Assembly (NCBI GenBank): GCA_963662285.2 | Contig: CAXXMV010000006.1 | Span: 1,280,001-1,344,000 of the forward strand | Source: a bacterium | GTDB lineage: Bacteria; Hinthialibacterota; Hinthialibacteria; Hinthialibacterales; Hinthialibacteraceae | Direction: 5' to 3' | DNA: 64,000 nucleotides | In this document: positions 39,730-50,243 of the stretch, piece after piece | Layout of the letters: each line of letters opens with the position of its first letter | How positions within the stretch are numbered: position 1 is the first letter of the stretch | Notes under the pieces: model-generated | What the model was told of the DNA's origin: nothing | Database searches by the model: none | Seen by the model: only the letters and a program-made list of their open reading frames with translations | Translations under genes and position numbers: made by a program

Positions 39730-40302
39730 ATGAACCTGTTCGATCTACTTTCAGAAAATAAATCCAAGATTTTTGATGAATGGCTAAACATCATTCTGGG
39801 TAGTTATTCAGATGATGCATCAAACTTTTTTAAAAAAGAAAAAGATCCTTTCGCTAATCCGGTTGGAAATATATTTCGGGAAGCAAGCCATAAACTTTTT
39901 GAAATATTGATATTGGACGAGTCGCTCCAAGGGATCGAAGAACCGCTGGATAAAATAGTCCGGATTAAAGCCGTACAGGATTTTAGTCCATCCCAAGCTA
40001 TCCAGTTTATTTTCCACCTTAAACCAATTATTCGTGATGTATATAATAAAAATAAAGATAACGGCGTATCCATAGATTCTCTTTTGGCTATCGAATCCAG
40101 AATTGATCAATTGGCTTTGATGGCATTTGATAACTATATGGATTGCCGGGAAAAAATATACGAGATCAAGGCTAATCAGGTGAAGAATATGTCGTACAAG
40201 CTTTTAGAACGATCTAATATGTTATCAGTGACTGAAACTGGTGAGACTTGCGTCAAGCAGGGAGAAGATTCATGCAGCAAAAATGGAGGGTGTGAAAAAT
40301 GA
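39730..40302 (+). CDS. dsrT: DsrT (RsbRD N-terminal domain protein)
   Basis: KDPFANPVG, IVRIKAVQDFSPSQAIQFIFHLK, IDQLALMAFDNYMDCREKIYEIK; ATGA overlap with dsrM. Confidence 0.95.
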   Translation: MNLFDLLSENKSKIFDEWLNIILGSYSDDASNFFKKEKDPFANPVGNIFREASHKLFEILILDESLQGIEEPLDKIVRIKAVQDFSPSQAIQFIFHLKPIIRDVYNKNKDNGVSIDSLLAIESRIDQLALMAFDNYMDCREKIYEIKANQVKNMSYKLLERSNMLSVTETGETCVKQGEDSCSKNGGCEK

Positions 40303-41318
40303 GCGCCTCTACTTCATGGTTAGGCTCTGCCAGAAACAAAATAATACTTGCTGTATGCATTATTGCGATTATTTTATTGGGTATATTCACGCCTTTGTTA
40401 AGGTTCTTTTTCGGCGCCATTCTCCCCTACATCGCGATATTCACATTTGTGATTGGAGTAGTATACCGTATTGTGCTATGGGCCAAATCTCCGGTTCCAT
40501 TTCACATACCTACTTCTTGTGGTCAGCAAAAATCTCTGCCCTGGATTTCATCCAGTTATCTGGATAATCCGCATAATACTCTCGGCGTCGTATGCCGTAT
40601 GGCGCTGGAGGTTTTATGCTTTCGTTCGCTATTTAAGAATACCAGTACAAAATTGATTGAAGGACCACGGATTGTATATTGCACCAATATATTGTTATGG
40701 TTAGCCGGTCTGGCGTTTCATTGGTGCTTCTTGATAATAGTAATCAGGCACATCCGCTTTTTTACCGATCCGATTCCATCTTTCGTTTTATTGCTTGAAT
40801 ACCTGGATGGTTTTTTACAGATAGGCGTTCCGGCCTTGTATATTTCAAATATTTTATTAATCGGCGCCTTAATATTTCTGTTTATGCGGAGAGTTATTCA
40901 TCCCAAATTAAGATATATATCATTGCTGGCCGATTATTTCCCATTATTGTTAATTTTACTAATCGCGCTTACCGGCGTCTTGATGCGCTATACGGTATTG
41001 AAACCGGATATCGTTGGCGTGAAAGAACTGTCAATGGGTTTAGCCACTTTCCATCCGTCGGTTCCAGCCGGAATTGGTTACGTGTTTTACATACATTTAT
41101 TCCTGGTATGCGTTCTAATCAGTTATTTCCCTTTCAGCAAACTCATGCACATGGCAGGAGTGTTTCTGAGTCCAACCAGAAATCAACCGAATAACAGCAG
41201 GATGGTTCGCCATGTCAATCCGTGGAATTATCCGGTTAAAGTACACACCTATGAAGAGTGGGAAGATGATTTCAGGGATAAGATGAAAGCAGCAGGTTAT
41301 CCATTAGAGAAGGAATAA
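40299..41318 (+). CDS. dsrM: DsrM membrane cytochrome b
   Basis: WAKSPVPFHIPTSCGQQKSLPWI, RMALEVLCFRSLF, FHW, RHIRFF, FYIHLFLV, YFPFSKLMH. Confidence 0.97.
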   Translation: MSASTSWLGSARNKIILAVCIIAIILLGIFTPLLRFFFGAILPYIAIFTFVIGVVYRIVLWAKSPVPFHIPTSCGQQKSLPWISSSYLDNPHNTLGVVCRMALEVLCFRSLFKNTSTKLIEGPRIVYCTNILLWLAGLAFHWCFLIIVIRHIRFFTDPIPSFVLLLEYLDGFLQIGVPALYISNILLIGALIFLFMRRVIHPKLRYISLLADYFPLLLILLIALTGVLMRYTVLKPDIVGVKELSMGLATFHPSVPAGIGYVFYIHLFLVCVLISYFPFSKLMHMAGVFLSPTRNQPNNSRMVRHVNPWNYPVKVHTYEEWEDDFRDKMKAAGYPLEKE

Positions 41319-41402
41319 CTAAATCTTGCTAGTTTGAGATAATGATGTGATACAGTTTTATGGTTGTGCGCTTACTCAATTTTAATGTGAGATGGTGTAA
41401 AA

Positions 41403-43031
41403 ATGTCGGATAACGTATCTAAAAAACCAGAAGAACTCGCGCGAATCGATTATAACCTTCCAAAAAAGAATTGGATGGATCCCCATATCGATTTTGAAAA
41501 GAAGAAGGGCAACTGGTGCTATACCGCCGCTCCCAAGAACATTGAATATGTGGGATTGCCTAATCCACGGGAATGGTCTCCAACCGATGAGGATTGGCAG
41601 TTGCAAGACAATTGGAAAGAGATAATTTTCGAAGGCATCCGGGAAAGATTAGATAAGTACCGTTCATTAAGGCTATTCATGGATATCTGCGTAAGGTGCG
41701 GAGCCTGCGCTGATAAGTGCCATTTTTTTATCGGGTCTGGCGATCCCAAAAACATGCCGGTGCTGCGCGCCGAATTGTTCCGTTCCATTTACCGTAATGA
41801 TTTTACCCTGGCCGGAAAAATATTGGGCAGTTTAGCCGGAGGTAGAGAATTAACAGTCGATATAGTCAAAGAATGGTTTTACTATTTCTTCCAGTGTACT
41901 GAGTGTCGACGATGCTCGGTTTTTTGTCCTTACGGCATAGATACCGCAGAAATAACCATGCAGGTCAGGGAATTGCTCAGTCTGGTCGGCGTGGGCATCA
42001 ACTGGGTGATGGAGCCGGTGGCCAATTGTTATCGAACCGGCAATCATCTGGGAATACCTCCTCATGCGTTCAAAGATAATGTGGAATTCGCGGCAGACGA
42101 TTTGCATGATATAACGGGCGTAAAGGTCGATGCTCCAGTCGGCAAGAAAGGCGCTGAAATTTTGGTAATCGTGCCTTCAGCCGATTATTTCGGCAATCCC
42201 CATTATTTCACCTTCCTGGGTTATATGGCTTTATTCCACGAAATTGGTCTGGATTATACCTTCAGTGGATATTCATCCGATGGCGGCAATTTCGGTTTGT
42301 TCCATTCTAGAGAGATGCTCAAACGGCTTAACGCCAAAATATACGCAGAAGCGAAACGCCTGGGCGTTAAATGGATACTGGGTTGCGAGTGCGGACACAT
42401 GTGGCGCGTGATGCATCAGTATATGGATACCATGAATGGTCCAGCTGATTTTCTGGAAGAACCGGTTTCACCAATGACCGGAACCAGATTTGATAATGCC
42501 AAAACCACCAAGATGGTTCATATCTGCGAGTTCACTTCTGATCTGATCAAAAATAATAAAATAAAATTAGATCCCAGCCGAAACGATAAATGGAAGGTGA
42601 CCTTCCATGATTCATGCAACCCGGCGCGGGCTATGGGTTTAATAGAAGAGCCGCGTTATGTTTTGAATAATGTAGTTAATAATTTCCATGAAATGCCGGA
42701 CAATACTATCAAAGAGCAGACCTTCTGTTGCGGAGGCGGTTCAGGATTGGGCGCTGATGAGAATATGGAAATGCGCCTGCGGGGCGGCTTCCCCAGAGCC
42801 AATGCGGTGCAGTATGTAAAAGATAAGCACAAAGTAAATTTCCTCTCGTGCATCTGTGCAATTGATAAGGCTGTTCTACCGCCTCTTATGGATTATTGGG
42901 TTCCAGATATTACGGTCGGCGGCATTCATGAATTAGTGGGTAATGCCCTTATTATGGAGGGTGAGAATGAACGTACTATGGATTTACGGGGCGAACCATT
43001 CAAAACCGATGATGACCAAGGAGAAGCGTGA
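41403..43031 (+). CDS. dsrK: DsrK Fe-S protein (HdrD-like)
   Basis: CVRCGACADKCHFF, NMPVLRAEL, CTECRRCSVFCPYGID, ECGHMWR, HDSCNPAR, CCGGGSG, CAID. Confidence 0.98.
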   Translation: MSDNVSKKPEELARIDYNLPKKNWMDPHIDFEKKKGNWCYTAAPKNIEYVGLPNPREWSPTDEDWQLQDNWKEIIFEGIRERLDKYRSLRLFMDICVRCGACADKCHFFIGSGDPKNMPVLRAELFRSIYRNDFTLAGKILGSLAGGRELTVDIVKEWFYYFFQCTECRRCSVFCPYGIDTAEITMQVRELLSLVGVGINWVMEPVANCYRTGNHLGIPPHAFKDNVEFAADDLHDITGVKVDAPVGKKGAEILVIVPSADYFGNPHYFTFLGYMALFHEIGLDYTFSGYSSDGGNFGLFHSREMLKRLNAKIYAEAKRLGVKWILGCECGHMWRVMHQYMDTMNGPADFLEEPVSPMTGTRFDNAKTTKMVHICEFTSDLIKNNKIKLDPSRNDKWKVTFHDSCNPARAMGLIEEPRYVLNNVVNNFHEMPDNTIKEQTFCCGGGSGLGADENMEMRLRGGFPRANAVQYVKDKHKVNFLSCICAIDKAVLPPLMDYWVPDITVGGIHELVGNALIMEGENERTMDLRGEPFKTDDDQGEA

Positions 43032-43033
43032 TC

Positions 43034-43411
43034 ATGTATGATAAGAACAAAATCATCCCTGGCATCATTGTATTTTTATTATTATTTACGTTTCCCGTCT
43101 GGTATAACGCGGCTTTCGGAAGCGATAGCAAGGTTCCTGATCCTCAGATTGTTACTAAAGAAAAAAACTGCGTTGAATCCAGGGAATATATGCGGACCCA
43201 ACATATGGATTTATTGAACCAATGGAGAGACGCTGTCGTGCGCTACGATATGCGGATGTATAAAACCGCTGATGGTAAAAAAGTTGAAATAAGCCTGACA
43301 AATACGTGTCTCAAATGTCATTCCAATAAAACTCAGTTTTGTGATTCATGTCATGATTATTTGGCGGTAAAACCATATTGTTGGGATTGTCATATTGCGC
43401 CCATGGAGTAA
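43034..43411 (+). CDS. dsrJ: DsrJ triheme periplasmic cytochrome c
   Basis: MYD..KII.G, CVES..YMR..HM.LL..WRD.VVR, three CxxCH (CLKCH, CDSCH, CWDCH); alternative GTG start at 43028. Confidence 0.96.
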   Translation: MYDKNKIIPGIIVFLLLFTFPVWYNAAFGSDSKVPDPQIVTKEKNCVESREYMRTQHMDLLNQWRDAVVRYDMRMYKTADGKKVEISLTNTCLKCHSNKTQFCDSCHDYLAVKPYCWDCHIAPME

Positions 43412-43416
43412 AAGAG

Positions 43417-44229
43417 ATGGCTTTGGATAGAAGAAAATTTTTTAAAATCGCCGGATTATCCAGTTTAGTGGGTTTGATGGGTAAGCAGTCATTTCCTGTG
43501 GGAGGGGAATCGGAATCCAAATATTCCCATGGAGATGAACAGTTGCATGGTGAACGATGGGCCATGGTGATAGATTTAAAGAAATGTAAAAATGGTAAAG
43601 GCTGTGATCAGGATTGCAAAAAAGCCTGCCATGTATCACATAATGTCCCCAGTATTGATGAACCCAAACATGAAATCAAATGGATTTGGTTGGAAGAATA
43701 TGATAAAGCTTTTCCAACTCAAGAAAATGAATTCATCAACCAGGAATTATTGCATTCGAGAACCCCAGTATTATGCAATCATTGCGCTAATCCGCCTTGC
43801 GTCAAAGTGTGCCCGACGCAGGCAACCTGGAAGCGTGAAGATGGAATTGTCATGATGGATTGGCATCGGTGCATTGGATGCCGCTATTGCGTCGCCGCAT
43901 GTCCGTATGGATCAAGAAGTTTCAATTGGTTTGATCCGGTCGAGCGAAATGAAAATGGTAATATTGAAAAAGAGCAGAAGTATTTGAAGACCGTAAATCC
44001 AGTTTTCCCGACGCGCTCCAAAGGCGTGGTGGAGAAATGTACTTTCTGTGATGAGAGATTAGCTAGAGGTCAACAACCTGCCTGTGTGGAAGCCTGCAAG
44101 GAAGGCGCGATGATTTTTGGCGATTTAGAAGAACCAGAGTCGGAAATCAGAAAGATTCTGAATAATCGATTCAGCATTAGAAGAAAACCCGGTTTGGGAA
44201 CGCAACCACAAATCTATTATCTAATATAA
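43417..44229 (+). CDS. dsrO: DsrO periplasmic ferredoxin-like protein
   Basis: Tat signal MALDRRKFFK; RWAMVID, CNHCANPPCVKVCP, CIGCRYCVAACPYGSRSFNW, EKCTFC..R, PACVEAC. Confidence 0.96.
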   Translation: MALDRRKFFKIAGLSSLVGLMGKQSFPVGGESESKYSHGDEQLHGERWAMVIDLKKCKNGKGCDQDCKKACHVSHNVPSIDEPKHEIKWIWLEEYDKAFPTQENEFINQELLHSRTPVLCNHCANPPCVKVCPTQATWKREDGIVMMDWHRCIGCRYCVAACPYGSRSFNWFDPVERNENGNIEKEQKYLKTVNPVFPTRSKGVVEKCTFCDERLARGQQPACVEACKEGAMIFGDLEEPESEIRKILNNRFSIRRKPGLGTQPQIYYLI

Positions 44230-44232
44230 GGT

Positions 44233-45390
44233 GTGAAGATGTTTGAATACGCTTTGAGAGGCAACCGGCAGTATTGGGTATGGCTGGCTATTTTGGGCGG
44301 CATTATCGGGGTTGGCGTTGTGTGCTATCTCATCCAGTTCACCCAGGGTTTGGGAATTACTGGGATGAGCCGTGATGTAACCTGGGGTTTTTATATCGCT
44401 CAGTTTACATTTCTGGTCGGCGTCGCGGCATCAGCGGTGATGGTGGTATTGCCCTGTTATCTGCATAATTACAAAGCGTTTGGCAAGATCGCCATACTGG
44501 GCGAGTTCATCGCTATTGCTTCAGTAACCATGTGCATCCTGTTTATAATGGTCGATCTGGGGCAGCCCATGCGCGGCGTGAATATCATATTGCATCCTTC
44601 ACCCCGATCATTGATGTTCTGGGATATGATTATTTTGAATGGTTATCTATTTATTAATCTTATCATATCCTGGTTTACGCTGGAATCAGAAAGACGGTCC
44701 GTCGCTCCGCCTAAATGGATCAAACCGGTGATATATCTTTCAATACCCTGGGCGGTCAGCATCCATACGGTTACAGCGTTTCTTTATAGTGGACTCACAG
44801 CCCGGCCCTTCTGGATGACAGCTGTTCTGGCGCCAAGATTTCTTGCTTCGGCATTCGCAGCCGGCCCGGCTTTATTGATAATCCTATGTCTCATTCTTCG
44901 GAAATTGACAAAATTTGATCCGGGAAAAGAACCGATTCAAACTCTGGCCAAAATCGTGGCCTATGCCATGGCTGTAAACCTTTTCCTGGTATTGATGGAA
45001 GTCTTTACCGCTTTTTATAGCGCCATGCCGGAACATACAGTGCACTTCAAATATTTATTCGGTGGTATTGCAGGCGCCAGCGCTTTAACCTTATGGATGT
45101 GGTTCTCCGTAATGATAGGATCGATTTCCCTGGTATTATTGATCTATCCCAAGACGCGCATTGATGAGACCGTTCTCAGCATAGCATGCGTGGGAGTTTT
45201 TATTTCCTTGTGGATCGATAAAGGTTTAGCGATGGTGGTTGCCGGATTCATTCCTTCGCCTACCGGAGTATTTACCGAATATGCTCCAACTTTACCGGAA
45301 TTATTAATTTCTTTAGGGATTTATGCCATAGGAATGAGTATAATAACTGTATTATATAAAATCGCGCTTACGGTTAGGAAAGAGATATAA
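44233..45390 (+). CDS. dsrP: DsrP NrfD/PsrC-family membrane protein
   Basis: GLGITGMSRDVTWGFYIAQFTFLVGVAASAVM, VDLGQP.R, SIPWAVSIHTVTAFLY, APRFLASAFAAGPA, WIDKG. Confidence 0.96.
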   Translation: MKMFEYALRGNRQYWVWLAILGGIIGVGVVCYLIQFTQGLGITGMSRDVTWGFYIAQFTFLVGVAASAVMVVLPCYLHNYKAFGKIAILGEFIAIASVTMCILFIMVDLGQPMRGVNIILHPSPRSLMFWDMIILNGYLFINLIISWFTLESERRSVAPPKWIKPVIYLSIPWAVSIHTVTAFLYSGLTARPFWMTAVLAPRFLASAFAAGPALLIILCLILRKLTKFDPGKEPIQTLAKIVAYAMAVNLFLVLMEVFTAFYSAMPEHTVHFKYLFGGIAGASALTLWMWFSVMIGSISLVLLIYPKTRIDETVLSIACVGVFISLWIDKGLAMVVAGFIPSPTGVFTEYAPTLPELLISLGIYAIGMSIITVLYKIALTVRKEI

Positions 45391-45453
45391 AACGGTTTTC
45401 GGAGTAGAGTTTTTTTTTGAGTAAAAACTTTTGAAAGGAAAAGGTATTGACCT

Positions 45454-46278
45454 ATGTCCGTCGTTACCATTTCCTATGGTTCGAGTGATATAAGAGGACA
45501 CATCGCTGATGGCGTGGCCCAGTTATTAGGCTACAAATTAGTCGGTCGTGAAGTATTAAAAGAAGCCTCCAATCGTTTTAATGTGATGGAGTCAAAGTTA
45601 TCTCACGCAATTCATCATGGTCCCACTTTTTTCGGCATGTCCGATACTACCAGAAAAAAATATATTTCCTACATATTGGCAATCGCATCAGAATCATTAT
45701 TACAAAATGAAATTGTCTATCATGGGCCAGCGGGGCATATCATAGCGCAAGGGATTCCTCATATCTTAAAAGTACGCCTTGTTTCATCACCGGAATCAAG
45801 AATCGCCTATACCATGGATCACAATAACCTTTCCCGTGAACGTGCGGAGCAGGTTGTTGAAAAAGAGAATATCGACAGAAAAAAATGGGCGAGCATCGCT
45901 TTTGGTATTAATGATGACGATAAAGATATCTACGATCTATTAATCTGTGAATGTCAGATTGGAATGAAAAGAACTATTGAAACAATCGTCAATGCAGCAC
46001 GGGAAAAAAAATATAAACCGATGACGTACTCTATGCAATGCATCCGTAATAAGGAATTATCCTGCCGTATACAAGCATTGCTTATTGATATTAATCAAGA
46101 TATTAAAGTGCAATGTGAAAATGGTAGAGTAACACTTTCGGTCTGTCTTCGGGAGAGCGAAAAAAACAAAAAACAAAAAATCATACAAAAACGCCTGGAA
46201 ACGATTGATGATGTTGAGCATATCGAAATCAATATAATTGATGATATGTTTGATCGTGATGTTGGAATTATGAGATAA
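45454..46278 (+). CDS. Cytidylate kinase-like family protein with degenerate P-loop and C-terminal BON-like domain
   Basis: MSVVTIS..., A..LGYKLVGREVL, IVYHGPAGH, HILKVRL, YDLLI; C-terminal IKVQCENGRVTL. Confidence 0.75.
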   Translation: MSVVTISYGSSDIRGHIADGVAQLLGYKLVGREVLKEASNRFNVMESKLSHAIHHGPTFFGMSDTTRKKYISYILAIASESLLQNEIVYHGPAGHIIAQGIPHILKVRLVSSPESRIAYTMDHNNLSRERAEQVVEKENIDRKKWASIAFGINDDDKDIYDLLICECQIGMKRTIETIVNAAREKKYKPMTYSMQCIRNKELSCRIQALLIDINQDIKVQCENGRVTLSVCLRESEKNKKQKIIQKRLETIDDVEHIEINIIDDMFDRDVGIMR

Positions 46279-46350
46279 CACAAATCTGTATTATTTACCT
46301 CTTGCGTTTTTTCCAACCTGAATTTATCAAGAACGGAGAGGATATGAAAA

Positions 46351-46749
46351 ATGGACGGTCCATTAAAGATACTACTGCTGGATGATGAAATGATCGTTGG
46401 GAAACGGCTTGAACCAGCGCTTGCCAAGTGTGGCTATGATGTTGAGTTTTTCAGTAATCCCCTGATGGCGCTCGAACGGATTGAGCAAAAAGAATTCGAT
46501 ATTTTGGTAGCTGATATCTATATGGATGAAATGGATGGATTTCAGGTTATTGAAAAAGTACTGGGTAAATACCCCAATATCAAAATAATTGTTATAACTG
46601 GTTACGCCATGATGGAGATAGCGCGTGAAGCTATGGATAAGGGAGCATTTGATTTCATAGCCAAGCCATTTAAGCCGGATGATCTTAGAAAAATTATTGT
46701 AAAAGCAGCATGTGCTCTGGGATATAAAGCCGATGACGGGCAATCGTAA
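46351..46749 (+). CDS. Stand-alone response regulator receiver protein
   Basis: ILLLDDE, DILVADIYMDEMDG, IVITGYA, GAFDFIAKPF; no output domain. Confidence 0.92.
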   Translation: MDGPLKILLLDDEMIVGKRLEPALAKCGYDVEFFSNPLMALERIEQKEFDILVADIYMDEMDGFQVIEKVLGKYPNIKIIVITGYAMMEIAREAMDKGAFDFIAKPFKPDDLRKIIVKAACALGYKADDGQS

Positions 46750-46820
46750 AGATATTATTGACGTATGAAATTAGTTAATAAAAAATATGGTTTATTTATT
46801 TCCTTGAGTATGGCAAGTCA

Positions 46821-47942
46821 ATGATAGAAGAAGAATCCACTAGTAAGGCGCTAAGTGAAAGACCACAATTCAGTATTCGAATGCAAATATATATCAGTAT
46901 GGCGCTATCAATTATTGTCATACTGAGTATTGCAATTATCCATTTTTTGATAATGCAAACTTTGGATACTTCTCATATAGATGGATGGGTTAAACTTTTG
47001 TGGCGCGTTCATTCGATTTTACTGATTATGCTTTTTATTGTAATACTATTTAATACTTATTTATTAAATAGAAGAATACTGGCGCCGATCAATCGCTTCG
47101 TCCATTACACTCATAGAATAGCGACTGGCGATTATTCTATGATTGTGCCGGCGCGGCCTTACCGTGATGAGTTTTCCGAATTAGCTATGGCCATCAATAT
47201 GATGATAAAAGAATTGGAATTTCGTCAGAAAATTCTGATTCAATCGCACAAACTACAAGCGATGGGTTCTCTGATTGCTGGAGTCGCGCACGAACTCAAT
47301 AATCCAATCAATAATATAATGTTAACTTCGAGTATGCTGAAAGAAGATTTCGGAACATTGTCTGATGCAGAACATCTGGAAATGATCGAAGATATTATCA
47401 ATGAAACTGATCGATCCAAAAGAATTATTTTTAATCTTTTGGATTTTGCCCGTGATAGAGAAAAGAAGGTTGAACCTCTTGATATGGGCAATATTGTTAA
47501 GGAAACATTAAAACTAGCCGCCAATCAAATATCATTAAAAGGCTTAAACATCGATCTATCGGTGATACCCGATCTTCCCACCGTGTTATGCGACCGGCAT
47601 CAAATGATACAAGTTTTTCTAAATGTGTTGATTAACGCGCTTGATGCAACTCCAAAAGGCGGTGGAATAAAAATTGATGTGGGAACTTCCAATACGGCAA
47701 AGTTTCTTACTGTTAAAATTACTGATTCCGGTCCAGGAATTCCTGAACATGTTATTCCTTCGATATTTGATCCATTTTTTACAACTAAATCAAAACAAGG
47801 CGGAACAGGATTGGGATTATCCGTCTGTCAGGGCATTTTATCTAAACTCAATGGTGATATCAGCGCTTACAGTGACCAGGATATCGGAACGACTTTTACT
47901 GTTGCATTGCCGCTAACCAAGAATGATTCAGTGGAAACTTAA
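46821..47942 (+). CDS. Sensor histidine kinase (2 TM, HAMP, HisKA, HATPase)
   Basis: AGVAHELNNPINNI, QVFLNVLINALDA, DSGPGIP, IFDPFFTTK, GTGLGLS. Confidence 0.95.
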   Translation: MIEEESTSKALSERPQFSIRMQIYISMALSIIVILSIAIIHFLIMQTLDTSHIDGWVKLLWRVHSILLIMLFIVILFNTYLLNRRILAPINRFVHYTHRIATGDYSMIVPARPYRDEFSELAMAINMMIKELEFRQKILIQSHKLQAMGSLIAGVAHELNNPINNIMLTSSMLKEDFGTLSDAEHLEMIEDIINETDRSKRIIFNLLDFARDREKKVEPLDMGNIVKETLKLAANQISLKGLNIDLSVIPDLPTVLCDRHQMIQVFLNVLINALDATPKGGGIKIDVGTSNTAKFLTVKITDSGPGIPEHVIPSIFDPFFTTKSKQGGTGLGLSVCQGILSKLNGDISAYSDQDIGTTFTVALPLTKNDSVET

Positions 47943-48015
47943 TCAGTAGAAAAAAGGAATATTGTCCTGATATTTTATGATGAATTGATAATAAGAGGTC
48001 AATGAGGATTTTAAT

Positions 48016-50229
48016 ATGCTAAATAGAATTTTTCCCTTTCTGATATGGTTTAATAATTATAATGGAGCTAAATTATGGAATGATTTTATCGCCGGGTTGA
48101 ATGTCGCGTTAGTGCTGGTTCCCCAGTCGATGGCCTATGCTCAGCTGGCTGGTTTGCCGGTCTATTATGGATTGTACGCCGCGTTTTTACCTCCTATGGT
48201 CGCCGCCCTGTTTGGCTCCAGCAACCAACTGGCGACCGGACCAGTCGCCATAGTATCATTGATGACGGCCACTGCTCTTGAACCATTGGCGGTGCAGGGC
48301 AGCGATGGATATGTGGCCTATGCGATATTGCTGGCTTTACTAGTGGGATTATTTCAGTTTACTCTGGGACTATTGCGGTTGGGGATTCTGGTTAACTTTT
48401 TATCTCATCCAGTTGTGATCGGATTTACAAATGCAGCGGCGATTATCATCGCAACTTCTCAACTATCCAAACTGTTCGGGGTGGACGTCGACAAAGGTCA
48501 TTATCATTACGAAACCGTAATTAGAATAATAAAAGCGGCTATTAATTATACTCATTGGCCGACTTTTTTTATGGCTGTTCTGGCCATCTCGATGATGGTG
48601 TTTCTTAGAAAATTATTACCTAAGATACCCAATGTATTGGCGGCGGTGGCGTTTACCACCTTTCTTTCCTGGTCGATGGGTTTCGAGAAATATGAAAGTG
48701 TCAATATAAATCAAATATCATCACCGGAAATAATTAATGCAATATCTAATTTTAATGAATCCATTGAAAAAGTTGATTTTTTTTCAAAACAAAGAGCGGA
48801 ATTATCACCAGTGATTCGAAAGGCTGAGAAAGAAAATGGCATCCATTCAACGGAAGTGATTAAACTACACCATGATGCATCATTGATAAACCTGAATATA
48901 TCCGAGTGGGGAGAGAAAGTTGAGTATTACCGTTTTGTTTTGAGGCATTATAATTTCGAATCTGGCATTGATAACAACGATAAAATAACTTTTTATATAT
49001 TAAATACCTTACCGGATAACTTGAAAAATGAAGGCAAACTATGGCGATTGAAGGTAAATAATCGTAAATTAGATGAGTCCGCACTGAAATTTATTTGCGG
49101 TGGAGCAGTAGTCGGCGTTATTCCTGAAGGGTTGCCTCAATTTAAAATCCCGAAAGTGGATTTTTCCATTTTTTTCCAATTGTTTCCCGTCGCCGTTATC
49201 ATATCACTTTTGGGTTTTATGGAAGCCATTTCCATAGCTAAAGCTATGGCGGCCAAAACCGGTCAAAGACTTGATCCTAATCAGGAATTAATTGGACAGG
49301 GATTGTCGAATATGATTGGATCGTTCGGCCAAAGTTATCCTGTTTCAGGATCGTTTTCCCGATCTGCGGTTAATATCCAATCTGGCGCAAAAACAGGATT
49401 ATCGAGCGTGTTTACCAGTTTTTTTGTTTTTATAGTTTTATTATTCTTTACGCCTTTTCTTTATCATCTTCCGCAGTCGGTGCTTGCATCAATCATCATA
49501 ATGGCAGTGATCAGGCTGATTGATATTCCCGGAATGGCGCGCGCCTGGCGCACCCAGAGATACGATGGAGCTATAGCAGGAATCAGTTTCGCCTGTACTC
49601 TTGGATTTGCGCCTCATCTGGGGAAGGGCATTATAATCGGCGTATTTCTTTCTCTGGCTGTCTTTTTCTACCGGCATATGCGCCCCAGCGTGGGTTTCCT
49701 CTCAAAACATCCTGATGGCAGTTTCAGGGATGTAAATCGATGGGGGCTTAATCAATGCCGCTATATTGCCGTAATTCGATTTAATGGATCGCTGTTTTTT
49801 GCAGACGCCAGTTATCTGGAAAATCGCGTGCTGGAAAAAATATCTTATATGCAAGACCTACGTCATGTTTTATTTGTGGGCAACGCCATAAATGAGATGG
49901 ATGCTTCCGGCGAAGATATGATTTCATCATTGTTTGATAAATTAAAAGTTGCCGGTTATGAAGTTTCTTTCAGTGGATTGAACGATGATATAATCGACAT
50001 CATGAGACGCACTCATTTATTAGATAAAATCGGTGATGATCATATGTTTCGCAACGTGAGAGATGCGTTGAAAGCAATCCATGCTAAAGCGCATTACGAA
50101 TCAATCGAAAAAGAGTGTCCATTACTAATAACCTGTTCAAACTATACAGTTGCCAGCACCGCAAACGGCAAAAGCACCTTTTTAGCCCGATTAATGCCTT
50201 CGATATCTCATGGTTCCAAGCAGAAATAA
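48016..50229 (+). CDS. SulP/SLC26 sulfate permease with STAS domain and large extracytoplasmic insertion
   Basis: LVLVPQSMAYAQLAGLP..YGLYA, GSSNQLATGPVA, GFTNAAA, NQELIGQG, SGSFSRSAVN, STAS RFNGSLFFA...INEMDASG. Confidence 0.95.
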   Translation: MLNRIFPFLIWFNNYNGAKLWNDFIAGLNVALVLVPQSMAYAQLAGLPVYYGLYAAFLPPMVAALFGSSNQLATGPVAIVSLMTATALEPLAVQGSDGYVAYAILLALLVGLFQFTLGLLRLGILVNFLSHPVVIGFTNAAAIIIATSQLSKLFGVDVDKGHYHYETVIRIIKAAINYTHWPTFFMAVLAISMMVFLRKLLPKIPNVLAAVAFTTFLSWSMGFEKYESVNINQISSPEIINAISNFNESIEKVDFFSKQRAELSPVIRKAEKENGIHSTEVIKLHHDASLINLNISEWGEKVEYYRFVLRHYNFESGIDNNDKITFYILNTLPDNLKNEGKLWRLKVNNRKLDESALKFICGGAVVGVIPEGLPQFKIPKVDFSIFFQLFPVAVIISLLGFMEAISIAKAMAAKTGQRLDPNQELIGQGLSNMIGSFGQSYPVSGSFSRSAVNIQSGAKTGLSSVFTSFFVFIVLLFFTPFLYHLPQSVLASIIIMAVIRLIDIPGMARAWRTQRYDGAIAGISFACTLGFAPHLGKGIIIGVFLSLAVFFYRHMRPSVGFLSKHPDGSFRDVNRWGLNQCRYIAVIRFNGSLFFADASYLENRVLEKISYMQDLRHVLFVGNAINEMDASGEDMISSLFDKLKVAGYEVSFSGLNDDIIDIMRRTHLLDKIGDDHMFRNVRDALKAIHAKAHYESIEKECPLLITCSNYTVASTANGKSTFLARLMPSISHGSKQK

Positions 50230-50243
50230 TATTGAGAACCACT

